A stretch of DNA of 64,000 nt from Ardenticatenia bacterium (GCA_003130875.1 QEXY01000123.1:16673-80672); one strand, 5' to 3'; shown: positions 53,430 to 62,934, counted from the first letter of the stretch. The notes: generated by a model not told the origin, from the letters alone. Made by a program: numbers and translations.

Positions 53430-54115
53430 GCCGCTGGATCGATCTTTCCGGACCGTTGTTCATTGGGATGTGGAGCTATAATGTGTTAGGTGGGTTGCCG
53501 CGACCGCTCACCGAATACCATGTGGAAAAGGAGTTCCGCATCGCCGAGGTGGGTTTCGAATCGTTGCGCTATATGTTAAGCAGTCTGTCGGGCACCTATC
53601 TGGAGACGGCGGGTCATCTCATCGAGGGAGGACCTGCCCTGTCCGACTTTCACGTGACCGACTTCATCCGTCCAGCGGTGGTGTGCCACCTGCCACGCAA
53701 GGGGCCGCGTGAGCTCATCCGGCGTGCTGAGTTAGAGGCACATTGTCCGCCAGTGCGTCCAGGTGACGCACTGCTGATCGAGTGTGGCTGGGGGGCGCAG
53801 TGGCGCTCGCCCAACTTCGTGAGCGATGGGCCTGCGTATCATCCCGATTGCGCCGAGTGGCTCTATGCGCAGCCGTTCAGCATCTTGGGCGTAGATGTGC
53901 CGTGCATCCAGGCGCCTTATCCCCTGCCGGATGGCAGCCAGTATGATGGGAACATCCTGCTGCCCATCTTTCAGAAGGGGGTGTTGCTATTGGCCCCGCT
54001 GGTCAATCTAGATCAGGTGACGACGGAGCGCGGAGAGATCATCGCATTGCCATTGTACGCCGAAGGTGTCAGCGGCGCGCCGTGTCGCGCCATCTTCTGG
54101 GAAGAGAGCCGCTAA
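53426..54115 (+). CDS. Cyclase/kynurenine formamidase-fold protein with atypical metal motif
   Basis: IDLS, SGTYLETAGH, GDALL, LGVD, L.NL, ALPL..EG.SGAPCRA. Confidence 0.8.
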   Translation: MSRWIDLSGPLFIGMWSYNVLGGLPRPLTEYHVEKEFRIAEVGFESLRYMLSSLSGTYLETAGHLIEGGPALSDFHVTDFIRPAVVCHLPRKGPRELIRRAELEAHCPPVRPGDALLIECGWGAQWRSPNFVSDGPAYHPDCAEWLYAQPFSILGVDVPCIQAPYPLPDGSQYDGNILLPIFQKGVLLLAPLVNLDQVTTERGEIIALPLYAEGVSGAPCRAIFWEESR

Positions 54116-54120
54116 CAGGA

Positions 54121-54163
54121 TGTGCGTGCCCCGGGCCGTTGTCGCAGCGCCAGGGCACGCACA
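54121..54163. terminator. Hairpin between convergent operons
   Basis: TGTGCGTGCCC ... GGGCACGCACA 11-bp stem. Confidence 0.6.
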
Positions 54164-54184
54164 CGCACCACGCTTTACTAAACT

Positions 54185-55198
54185 TCACTCAAAGTCTTGT
54201 ACGGAGACCACCTTGCCGGTGGCAGCGGATGCCTCCGCTGCCAGACACGCCTGCACCGCGGCCATCGATTCCTCCGGTGTGATGATGGTGGGGGGCGTTT
54301 TCTCCAGGATGCAGGTGATAAAGTAGTTCAGCTCCTCCGCCAACGCACCACCCCGCACACCCGGACGGATCTCAGGCCAATAGGTGGGATCTGGGGTGTA
54401 GGCCCCATGCTTGTCCACCACGGACACAGGCGGGTAGGTCTCCTGTAGATAGACCCCACCCTCCGTGCCGATGATCTCCATCCGCTCGTCGGGAAAATAG
54501 CCCTTGTGGTCCGGCATACACCAGACGTTTTCCAGAACGCCGATGGCACCGCTGTCGAAGCGATACATCGTCCATCCGATGTCAGGATATTTGTGCCCAT
54601 GGACATTGAGCGTCTGAGCATAGGCGCTCACGATCTTGGCCCCGGTGTACCAGAGCATGATATCGGTGTCGTGCACGCCATCGCCGATGATCGGTCCAAT
54701 TTTGGGCAGCACCTGGGCACCGATGGAGACCGGCACATTGCGACGCGCATAGATGGACACAATCTTGCCGATCTTGCCAGCAGCGATCTCACGCTTCACG
54801 GCGGCGTAGCGTGGATTGAAGCGCACAATGTGACCTACCATGAAGAACTTGTCGGACGCCTTGGCCGCTTGCACGATAGCGCGACAATCTGCCACTGTGG
54901 AAGCCATCGGCTTCTCTAAGAAGACATGTTTGCCCGCCTGGATCGCGGCCAGGGTGGGCGCTGTGTGCTGATCCCACATCGTGGTGATGCTCACCGCCTC
55001 CAGCTCGGGGTCGGCCAGCATCTCATTGTAATCGGTGTAGAGCTTGGTCACGCCGAACTTTTTGCCCAGTTCCTTGAGGCGTGACTCGGTGCGCGTGCAG
55101 AGCGCGTATAGCTCCACGTTGGGCAGGCCGGCGAGTGCCTCACCGTGATATTCGCCGAACCAGCCCAGCCCAATAATGCCATATTTGACCTTCGCCAT
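54185..55198 (-). CDS. Gfo/Idh/MocA family oxidoreductase
   Basis: GIIGLGWFG, GKHVFLEKPM, GH..RFNP, DGVHDTD. Confidence 0.93.
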   Translation of the reverse strand: MAKVKYGIIGLGWFGEYHGEALAGLPNVELYALCTRTESRLKELGKKFGVTKLYTDYNEMLADPELEAVSITTMWDQHTAPTLAAIQAGKHVFLEKPMASTVADCRAIVQAAKASDKFFMVGHIVRFNPRYAAVKREIAAGKIGKIVSIYARRNVPVSIGAQVLPKIGPIIGDGVHDTDIMLWYTGAKIVSAYAQTLNVHGHKYPDIGWTMYRFDSGAIGVLENVWCMPDHKGYFPDERMEIIGTEGGVYLQETYPPVSVVDKHGAYTPDPTYWPEIRPGVRGGALAEELNYFITCILEKTPPTIITPEESMAAVQACLAAEASAATGKVVSVQDFE

Positions 55199-55247
55199 GG
55201 TGACAGAACCTCCTTGTCGAGAACTTCACCTCTGCCCAGCAGAGGGC

Positions 55248-55595
55248 TTATGACGAGCCACCCTTGTGCCAGTCCTTGCCCACTTTGCTTTCCATGAATT
55301 CCCAGACGACGCCGTCCTTGTGTACAAAGACCACGCGCAGATCCGGGGTGGGGTTGAATGGACCCAATATCACCTCGGCGCCTTCGATCTCTTTTTCAAG
55401 GTTGTCCACGCGGAACGCGATGTGTGGCAATGTGCGCAACGGACCTGTGACCGGGCTGTCGGGCTCGTAGCGCAGATACTCCACCATTTGAGGACTGTTG
55501 GCCGGATTGGTGACCCACACCCGGGTGGACTCGACGAACATCTCGTCGGGGTGTTTTTCGGTGGTGGGCAACCCGATGTGGTCAAACTCTCTCAT
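55248..55595 (-). CDS. Small VOC/glyoxalase-like protein
   Basis: FDHIGLP...VEYL...PHIAFRVDNL...WEFM; SD GAGGAGG. Confidence 0.7.
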   Translation of the reverse strand: MREFDHIGLPTTEKHPDEMFVESTRVWVTNPANSPQMVEYLRYEPDSPVTGPLRTLPHIAFRVDNLEKEIEGAEVILGPFNPTPDLRVVFVHKDGVVWEFMESKVGKDWHKGGSS

Positions 55596-55675
55596 CTTTG
55601 AAACCCTCCTCTTCATCAAGCGCACGCTGCACCGAGCCGCTCACACTGGACGGTGGAGGTGCAGTGGGGAATCGC

Positions 55676-56593
55676 TCAACTCATATGGATTTCCACGTTG
55701 TCCGCCACACCACCGAGGAGCACGTAACGGGTGGGCGCTGTTTGCAGGATCGAGCCAGGCACGAAGGTGTTGACCGGCCCATGCGCCACTAAGCGGGCGA
55801 TAAAGCGCTGCCAGCTAACTCCACCTCCCAGATAGCCGTCCAGCCAGAAGCTGCGATAGCGCGCTCCCAGGATCTGTGCCGGCCCGATCGTGTTTGCCTT
55901 GGGCGGCACCCATGACCAGTCGCCGCCGAACGAGTGCAGAGCATTCTGCATAATTGTCATCGGAGTCAGCGTCACCAGCCGGGGGCCCGCCTTTTTGTAC
56001 GCCTCCAGGTCATCGCCGAACTCATAGCCCAGCGACGATTCCCAGAACGCAATATGCCCACACCAGCCGATGCCGCCGTAACAGACATCGGCACCTCCCA
56101 GCTCCTCGATCATCTCCGCGTAGCGCGGCAGTGCCTCGGTTGTGGGGAAGTGGATTTGGCTGAGCGGTGGCCGCAGTTCGGGGTCGATCAGGTTGAAGAA
56201 ACTGTCGAACATCGCTTTCTGGAAGGAACCTTCCCAGTCCGGCGGCGCGGTGCGACCGTTCTCGTCGGCATACTCGTCCATGTTGAAGGTGTGGACATGG
56301 TGCATCGGAATGCGCAGCGCGTTGATCATGCGCGCGGCAATAGGGTACTGCGGCATCGGGCCTACGGGGAAGATGCCCACGAAGCGTCGCCCTTCGTCCA
56401 ACGCTTGCTTGATGCGCATTACGATATCGGTGGCGAAGGCGGCATAGAATTCGCCGGGGTCGTCGATGATCTCGATTTTGAAATCCGGGTTCGGGTGCTT
56501 CGTGATCTCCTCACGCTTGATACGTCGCACCCGCTCACAAACCGCTGCGTCCTTAAAGTCAAGAAAATCTGCCAGAGCGTATGTGAAAGCCAT
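55676..56593 (-). CDS. Glucosamine-6-phosphate deaminase/isomerase (NagB)-like protein, copy 2
   Basis: PVGP, FNMDEY, GGIGWCGHIAFWE. Confidence 0.85.
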   Translation of the reverse strand: MAFTYALADFLDFKDAAVCERVRRIKREEITKHPNPDFKIEIIDDPGEFYAAFATDIVMRIKQALDEGRRFVGIFPVGPMPQYPIAARMINALRIPMHHVHTFNMDEYADENGRTAPPDWEGSFQKAMFDSFFNLIDPELRPPLSQIHFPTTEALPRYAEMIEELGGADVCYGGIGWCGHIAFWESSLGYEFGDDLEAYKKAGPRLVTLTPMTIMQNALHSFGGDWSWVPPKANTIGPAQILGARYRSFWLDGYLGGGVSWQRFIARLVAHGPVNTFVPGSILQTAPTRYVLLGGVADNVEIHMS

Positions 56594-56618
56594 CCGTATT
56601 CCTCCTTCTGTTTTTGAA

Positions 56619-57533
56619 TCAGCTCATACGAATTTCAACATTGTCCGCCACACCTCCTAGCAACACGTACCGCGTGGGGACGGTCTGCAAGATGGAACCA
56701 GGCACAAAGGTATTGACGGGCCCATGGGCTACTAACCGGGCAATAAAGCGCTGCCAGCTGACGTTGCCGGTCAGATAGCTCAGCCAGAAACTGCGATCGC
56801 GCGCGTTGACCACCTGCGCTGGACCAATCGTGTTCGCCTTGGGTGGCACCCACGACCAGTCACCGCCAAATGAGCTGAGAGCGTTTTGCATAATGGTTAT
56901 GGGCGTGAGCGTCACGAGGCGGGGACCCGCTTTCATATAAGCTTCCAGGTCGTCACCGAACTCATAGCCCAGCGAGGATTCCCAGAAAGCGATATGGCCG
57001 CACCAGCCGATGCCGCCGTAACACACATCCACACCACCGACTTCCTCGATCATGTCGGCGTAACGCTCGAGCACATCCGTCGTAGGGAAGTGGATTTGGC
57101 TAAGCGGCGGGCGCAGCTCGGGATCGATCAGGTTGAAGAAGTTGTCGAACATGCACTTTTGGAAGGAGCCCTCCCAGTCGGCCGGGGCCGTGTTGCCGTT
57201 TTCATCGGCATATTCGTCCATGTTGAAGGTGTGGACATGGTGCATCGGGATGCGCAACGCGTTGATCATGCGCGCCGCGATAGGGTATTGAGCGGTGGGG
57301 CCCACCGGCAGGATCATCACGAAGCGTCGCCCTTCATCCAACGCTTGCTTGATGCGCGCCACAATATCTGTGGCAAACGCTGCGTAGAAGTCCTTCTCAT
57401 CCTCGATCACTTCGATCTTGAAGTCTGGGTTGGGATGCTGGGTGATCTCCTCGCGCTTGATGCGTCGCACTCGCTCACAAACTTCGCGGTCTTTGAAGTC
57501 CAGAAAATCGGCCATGTTGTACTGGAAGGGCAT
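56619..57533 (-). CDS. Glucosamine-6-phosphate deaminase/isomerase (NagB)-like protein, copy 1
   Basis: Same motifs as copy 2; about 40 differences in about 305 aa by manual count. Confidence 0.85.
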   Translation of the reverse strand: MPFQYNMADFLDFKDREVCERVRRIKREEITQHPNPDFKIEVIEDEKDFYAAFATDIVARIKQALDEGRRFVMILPVGPTAQYPIAARMINALRIPMHHVHTFNMDEYADENGNTAPADWEGSFQKCMFDNFFNLIDPELRPPLSQIHFPTTDVLERYADMIEEVGGVDVCYGGIGWCGHIAFWESSLGYEFGDDLEAYMKAGPRLVTLTPITIMQNALSSFGGDWSWVPPKANTIGPAQVVNARDRSFWLSYLTGNVSWQRFIARLVAHGPVNTFVPGSILQTVPTRYVLLGGVADNVEIRMS

Positions 57534-57545
57534 GGGTTTCTCCTT

Positions 57546-58547
57546 TTATAAGGTGACCACCTGGTCAGTTTCCAGCGAGCGCCGTGCGGCCAGGGCGGTT
57601 TGTACGGCCAGGCGCGCCTGTTCTGGTGTGCCGCGCTCCGGAAGTCGGTTGGCGCGCACACATTCGACGAAGTAGGCGACTTCTGCCTCGTAGGCGTCGC
57701 TACCTGGCGAGGGCAATGCGCGGGGCGGTTTGCCCGACTCGTACACCATCAAGCTGGTGCCCTCGGCGGTGCCTGTCTCCACGCCGGTGCCACCAGCGCG
57801 GAAGTTGAACTCGGCGGAGCCCTGCTCGCACAACACCGCTAAGCTCATTGTAAACGGATACCCATCTGGCATCATCACGCTGCCCTCAGCATAGGACTTG
57901 ACATCGCCGTAGTCCACCAGCGTCAACACGTGATCCCAGCCGCCATAGACCCCACGTTGGCCGCGCGCGTACACCGAACGGGGCGTCCCGAAGAACCAGT
58001 TCAGCGTGTCCAGGTCGTGAATGTGCAGATCCAGCACGGCGCCACCTGTCCAGTCTGCATTGGCGAACCAATCGCCCCATCTGGGCCGGGTGGAGAGCCG
58101 TCTGGCGACCGCGGCCAGCGGTCTGCCCAGCGTGCCGCTGGCGACGAATTCATGCAAGGCGACATATTCGGGCCAGAAGCGGATCACATGCGCGATCATG
58201 AACGGCCTGCCCGCCGCTCGCGCCGCCGTGATCATGGCATCGCATTCCTCGACGGTCAGTCCCATCGGCTTCTCGAGCAGAACCGCTTTGCCCGCCTGCA
58301 ATGCCGCAATGGTATACTCTTTGTGAAAAGGTGTGGGCAACGTGTTGCTGATGACATCTACGCTGGGATCGGTCGCCACTGCCATATGATCCAGAGAAGC
58401 GCGTGCCCCCACTTCCTGGGCGAGGGCGGCTGCCTTCTCCATCGTGCGCGAGGTCACCGCGACCACCTGCACATCCGGTAGTTTGGCAAAGGCACGGGCG
58501 TGCGTGCTGCCCATAAAACCGGCACCAAGCACTCCTACGCGGATCAT
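57546..58547 (-). CDS. Gfo/Idh/MocA family oxidoreductase
   Basis: GVLGAGFMG, LLEKPM, RFWPEY, GGAVLDLHIHDLD. Confidence 0.93.
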   Translation of the reverse strand: MIRVGVLGAGFMGSTHARAFAKLPDVQVVAVTSRTMEKAAALAQEVGARASLDHMAVATDPSVDVISNTLPTPFHKEYTIAALQAGKAVLLEKPMGLTVEECDAMITAARAAGRPFMIAHVIRFWPEYVALHEFVASGTLGRPLAAVARRLSTRPRWGDWFANADWTGGAVLDLHIHDLDTLNWFFGTPRSVYARGQRGVYGGWDHVLTLVDYGDVKSYAEGSVMMPDGYPFTMSLAVLCEQGSAEFNFRAGGTGVETGTAEGTSLMVYESGKPPRALPSPGSDAYEAEVAYFVECVRANRLPERGTPEQARLAVQTALAARRSLETDQVVTL

Positions 58548-58578
58548 GAGTGTTCTCCCCCGTCTTCTCGAATGGGTC

Positions 58579-59382
58579 TCAGCTGAGACCGAGCTGTTTC
58601 AGGTGAGCATAGGAGGCTTTCATTGCGCGGTGTACCTCTTCCAGCGGCGGCCATGGCTCCCCGCTGAACTCGAGCTCGACGCTAAACGGGTTGGTGTAGC
58701 CTTCTTCTTCGAGAATCTTGAGCACGCGCGCGAAGTCGACCGTTCCCTCTCCGATGGCGGGGAAGTCCCACACCCCCTTGCCACCGCGCTTGTCCTTGAG
58801 GTGTACATGGGCGAGGTAAGGCACCACCGGTCGGATATCGTCCACCGCCTGTACACCGCCGTAGAAGACGCAATTGCCTGTGTCATAGTTGATGCGCACA
58901 TTGGCACGGTTGATCTCTTGGATGAGTGGGATGGACAAGGCGCCGGTCGCCATGATGTCGCCATGCACCTCGAGCGCCAGGAAGACGTTGCGACGCGCTG
59001 CGTAGTCGGCCAGCTCGAAAATATGGCGCATGAAAGCGGCTTTGTCCTCTTCTTTGCCAGCATGACCGCCCACCGCTGTGTTCATGAGATGAACTCCCAG
59101 CCGGACGCACAGGTCTATGGCTTTCTTACCGTCCGCCAGACCTTGCGGCGTGGTGAGGTCGGAGTGGCCGCTGAGCGCTGAGATGCGCAATCCAGCCCTC
59201 TCGACCTGATCCTGGATGCGAGCAATTTGTTCATCCGTGGCTTCGAGCGGCACATGCTCGGTCCACCCGCGCACGGCGCTCAATTCGACATACTTGAACC
59301 CGGCCTGTGCGATGCCTTCCAGCGCCTGTTCCAGGCTATACGTGTGGTAGCTGTTTGTGTTACCTGCCAGGATGTTATGCAT
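58579..59382 (-). CDS. Sugar phosphate isomerase/epimerase (xylose isomerase-like TIM barrel)
   Basis: GFKYVEL, LALEVH, NYDTGN, HVHLKD, IGEGTVDF, SVELE. Confidence 0.9.
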   Translation of the reverse strand: MHNILAGNTNSYHTYSLEQALEGIAQAGFKYVELSAVRGWTEHVPLEATDEQIARIQDQVERAGLRISALSGHSDLTTPQGLADGKKAIDLCVRLGVHLMNTAVGGHAGKEEDKAAFMRHIFELADYAARRNVFLALEVHGDIMATGALSIPLIQEINRANVRINYDTGNCVFYGGVQAVDDIRPVVPYLAHVHLKDKRGGKGVWDFPAIGEGTVDFARVLKILEEEGYTNPFSVELEFSGEPWPPLEEVHRAMKASYAHLKQLGLS

Positions 59383-59550
59383 TGAGCGTACTCCTTTCTA
59401 GTCTGGACTCTTTGTTCGTGACCTTCTACAAGGTCATCTCATTCGAGTGCCTACGCCCTGTGGGATCGGTCCTCCCACTACTCTTCTATCTCAGCGTCTC
59501 TTGTAGAAGGGGAGGATCCGAACGCTATGCAGCCTGAGGTGGAGGGTGTG

Positions 59551-60777
59551 TTATGCCTGCATCTTTTGCACGAAGACCCCTTCGTCTGTTTCGAACAGCG
59601 CCATCGCGAGCGCTCCAAGCACGGCGGCGTCCGTCCCCAGCTGCGAGATCACGAGTTCCGGAATATATGGCAATGCGCCGTTGAGACGTGCCGTAATGCG
59701 TTCTATGAACATATCAGCGAACTCCACCAAGTCGCCGCTGAAGATGATGCGATGGGGATCCAACACACAGCTGAGGCTCGCCACTGCCAGCGCGAGGTGG
59801 TCTGCTATCTCGTCCACAATCTGGAGGGCGCATCCGTCTCCCCTGCGCGCGGCGAGGAGCACCATCTCGGCAGTCAGCTGCACATCCTTGTCCTCCAGCC
59901 ATTCCCGCAGGATGGAGCTCTGGTCTGAGGCGAGCTTCTCTTGCGCGCGTCGCACAATGCCGACGCTGCCTGCCAGGTCTTCCAGACACCCGAAACCTTC
60001 GTAAGAGCGTCCCAGGTATTGGGTGCCGGGCAGAAGATAGCCGATCTCCCCCGCAGCGCAATGGGCACCGCGATAGAGGAAGCCGGAGAGCACAATGCCT
60101 GCTCCGATGCCGGCGCCCAATGAGATACACACCAGATTGTCGACATCGCGGCCGGCTCCGCGCCAGCTTTCGCCCAACGCGATGAGGTTCACCTCGTTTT
60201 CAACGAAGACGGGCAAGCCGAGCGCCTGTTCCAACAACGCCTTGAGGGGCACATTGCGCCAGCCGAGGCTGGGTGCCCACGCCACCACGCCCTCGCGGTA
60301 GAAAACAATTGACGGCGCCCCAATACCCACCCCACGCACAGGGAGCTCATATTCACGTGCCATGTCGTAGAGAGTGCGTACCAGAGCAATGAGCTGTTGG
60401 ATGCCCGCTTCGCCGGGTTCTGCCGGTTGAGCCACCCGCCTGAGGATCTCCCCGTTCAAATCAGAGATCGCGCCGGTCATACTGCGGTGGACGTACACCC
60501 CAATGATCAGACTGGCGCGTGGATTGAACTCCAGCAGGATGGGACGTCGTCCAAAAGGTGCTAGACGTGCTCCTCTTTCTTGGATTACCTGCTTTTGCAA
60601 CAATTCTGTGACGATACGGGTGACCGTGGCGGGGCTGATGTGAAGCAGCCGAGCGATCTCAGAACGGCTGATGGGGCCCTGTTCTCGGATGAGCTCAAGG
60701 ATGGCGGACTGATTGACTCTGCGCAGCAAGCTGCCATCGCCGATGTGGTTCATTGGACCATCCGTCTGGGCACTCAA
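59551..60777 (-). CDS. ROK family transcriptional repressor (NagC/XylR-like)
   Basis: N-terminal HTH ISRSEIA...SPATVTRIV, GRRP; ENEVN, GIGAG, AGEIG; start may be 60753. Confidence 0.93.
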   Translation of the reverse strand: MSAQTDGPMNHIGDGSLLRRVNQSAILELIREQGPISRSEIARLLHISPATVTRIVTELLQKQVIQERGARLAPFGRRPILLEFNPRASLIIGVYVHRSMTGAISDLNGEILRRVAQPAEPGEAGIQQLIALVRTLYDMAREYELPVRGVGIGAPSIVFYREGVVAWAPSLGWRNVPLKALLEQALGLPVFVENEVNLIALGESWRGAGRDVDNLVCISLGAGIGAGIVLSGFLYRGAHCAAGEIGYLLPGTQYLGRSYEGFGCLEDLAGSVGIVRRAQEKLASDQSSILREWLEDKDVQLTAEMVLLAARRGDGCALQIVDEIADHLALAVASLSCVLDPHRIIFSGDLVEFADMFIERITARLNGALPYIPELVISQLGTDAAVLGALAMALFETDEGVFVQKMQA

Positions 60778-60828
60778 ATGAAGCTTAGGGCTACCCCATG
60801 ACGCTGCAATGTGTCGCGGTCGGTGGGA

Positions 60829-60876
60829 TTCATTTCATTACGAAATAAATATATCATGATCTCAGGAATTTGTCAA
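60829..60876 (-). promoter_or_regulatory. ROK gene promoter with overlapping palindromic operator
   Basis: TTGACA (60876-60871), 17 bp spacer, TATATT with extended TG; TTCATTTC-N5-GAAATAAA at 60829-60849 covers the predicted start site. Confidence 0.7.
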
Positions 60877-60878
60877 CG

Positions 60879-60907
60879 TTGAAACCTGAAAGGTTCAGGA
60901 TTATAAT
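60879..60907 (+). promoter_or_regulatory. Promoter of the kinase/regulator pair
   Basis: TTGAAA, 17 bp spacer, TATAAT; spacer contains palindrome CCTGAA-AGG-TTCAGG. Confidence 0.7.
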
Positions 60908-60931
60908 GAAAATAGGAGGTATGGGATCGAG

Positions 60932-62191
60932 GTGGGAGTAACGTGGCATGCGATGTGGCATTCGATGAATGCCCAACAGGTAGGGTATCGTCTGTCTTGG
61001 GTGGCGATGTTGATCCGGGTGGTGGCGCTCGCTTACGCGTTTGGGGTGCTGTCTTTCTACCCGCATCCCATCATCGCGGCGCGCAGCGACCTGCTCATCT
61101 GGCTGTGGATCGTCGCGGCGGGTTATACGACGTTGTTGATCGTGGTGTTGGTGTTACCGATCAATTATTGGCTGCGCACCACCCCCTTTATGATACTCGA
61201 CACCGCTATAGCGCTGATGCTGGTCAACCTTGCCGGTGGCGGTTACCGCAATATCTTCTCCTTGTACTCCCTCATCCCATCGGTGACTGCCGCACTTTCG
61301 CTGCCGAGCGCAGAACATCATTTTCGCCGGGCGATGCTGTTAGGGGGCGTGGTGGTGGCTTCAACATTGGGGTTTGGCCTCTCCCTCTATCTGGATGGCT
61401 ATACCCCAGCGCGGATTATTGAGCTCCGCCAGGTGGACGAAGTGGTCTTGCGCAGCGCCAGCTATTGGGTGACTGGCGGGTTGCTCGCTGCTCTCGCTGC
61501 GATGATGATCGCATGGCAACACAGCCGTGATCGCGCTAACGCCTTGCGGGAGCAATCTGCCATCGAAGAGGAGCGTCGCCGCATCGCCACCGACATCCAT
61601 GACGGGGTGCTCAGCCAGCTCTCGGCACTCAGCCGCCGTGCCGAGTATGCCAGCTTGCTCCTGGCCGAAGATCCCAAGGGCGCCCAAGAGGAACTCCATC
61701 GCGTCATCACGATGGCGGGTGAGGTGCACGAGGGCATCCGCTGGATCGTGCGCGCATTGCGCCAAGATCCCACTCAGCTGACGTTGGGAGAGGAATTGAC
61801 GCGTATTGCGGAGCGTTTTCAGCATAACACGGAACTGCCCGTTTTGTTGAAGCTGCCGCGCGGGGAGCTGCCGGTGCCTGTCGACACGGTGCGCCATGTG
61901 GGCTATATCGTGACTGAGGCACTGACCAATATATGGAAACATGCCCATGCCAATCGGGCTGTGATCACTGTGCGCCGCGCAGACGGTCGGGTGCTCGTGA
62001 AGGTGGCCGATGATGGATGCGGCTTCGAGGTCGCCCAAGCATTGCAGGCTGCCAACGGCATGGGTTTGCGTAACATGCACGAGCGTGCTCAAGAGATCGG
62101 AGCTGAACTCACATTGCGCTCCGCTCCGGGAAAGGGGTGTCAGGTGCTGATCGATCTGTCCGTGATCCAGGAGGACGACGGGGAGGAATAG
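60932..62191 (+). CDS. Membrane sensor histidine kinase (HisKA_3, NarX/DesK type)
   Basis: Multiple TMs; EERRRIATDIHD, EALTNIWKHA, DDGCGF, GMGLRNMHER. Confidence 0.93.
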   Translation: MGVTWHAMWHSMNAQQVGYRLSWVAMLIRVVALAYAFGVLSFYPHPIIAARSDLLIWLWIVAAGYTTLLIVVLVLPINYWLRTTPFMILDTAIALMLVNLAGGGYRNIFSLYSLIPSVTAALSLPSAEHHFRRAMLLGGVVVASTLGFGLSLYLDGYTPARIIELRQVDEVVLRSASYWVTGGLLAALAAMMIAWQHSRDRANALREQSAIEEERRRIATDIHDGVLSQLSALSRRAEYASLLLAEDPKGAQEELHRVITMAGEVHEGIRWIVRALRQDPTQLTLGEELTRIAERFQHNTELPVLLKLPRGELPVPVDTVRHVGYIVTEALTNIWKHAHANRAVITVRRADGRVLVKVADDGCGFEVAQALQAANGMGLRNMHERAQEIGAELTLRSAPGKGCQVLIDLSVIQEDDGEE

Positions 62192-62839
62192 ATGCCAGTG
62201 CGGGTGTTGATCGCGGATGACGTTGCCTTACATCGTGAATTGCTGGGCAAGCTTCTGGATCGGCAGGATGACATCACAGTGGTGGGTGAAGCAGCCTCGC
62301 CCGAGGAAGCCGTCGCAGCTACAGCCAGGTTGCAACCTGATGTGGTGTTGATGGATTTGCGCATGCCCCGCCACGATCCACAAGGTGGCATCCGGGCGAT
62401 TGAGCAGATCGTCGCCCGCTGTCCCAATGTGCGGGTGTTGGTGCTGACCGAGTCGGATGACGATGCCGACGTGCGCGCAGCCGCGATGGCCGGCGCGGTC
62501 GGTTACATCGTCAAAAGCGCTAAGGCAGCGGACATCGCCGAGGCCATCCGCGCGATTTATGCTGGCAAGAGCTGGCTCGATCCCGCCATCACTGGCTATC
62601 TGCTGGACGAATACCGTCGCGTCGCACAAGATGTGCGCGCACGCCCCACGCTGACCCGTACTGAGACCAAAGTGCTCCAGCTCATCGCGGCGGGCAAGAC
62701 AACTGCTGAGATCGCCGAGCAACTCTTCATGGCGGAGAAGACGGTCAAGAATCACCTGGCAAACGTCTACCGCAAGCTGGGGGCTAAGAACCGCAGTCAC
62801 GCGGTCAGTGAGGGCTACCGTCAGGGTCTGCTGAAATGA
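62192..62839 (+). CDS. NarL/LuxR family response regulator
   Basis: VLIADD, PDVVLMDLRMP, GYIVK; LT.TE..VL.LIA.G....EIAEQL...KTVKNH. Confidence 0.95.
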   Translation: MPVRVLIADDVALHRELLGKLLDRQDDITVVGEAASPEEAVAATARLQPDVVLMDLRMPRHDPQGGIRAIEQIVARCPNVRVLVLTESDDDADVRAAAMAGAVGYIVKSAKAADIAEAIRAIYAGKSWLDPAITGYLLDEYRRVAQDVRARPTLTRTETKVLQLIAAGKTTAEIAEQLFMAEKTVKNHLANVYRKLGAKNRSHAVSEGYRQGLLK

Positions 62840-62905
62840 TCCCCAGGCCCAAAAGGCCTATCTCCTCCCTAGGTCTTTTGACTGTGATTCGACCCGTCTG
62901 ACCTA

Positions 62906-62934
62906 TGGACACTCTTTAGGCAGAGATGTACAAT
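62906..62934 (+). promoter_or_regulatory. Promoter of the downstream binding-protein gene
   Basis: TGGACA, 17 bp spacer, TACAAT. Confidence 0.55.
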
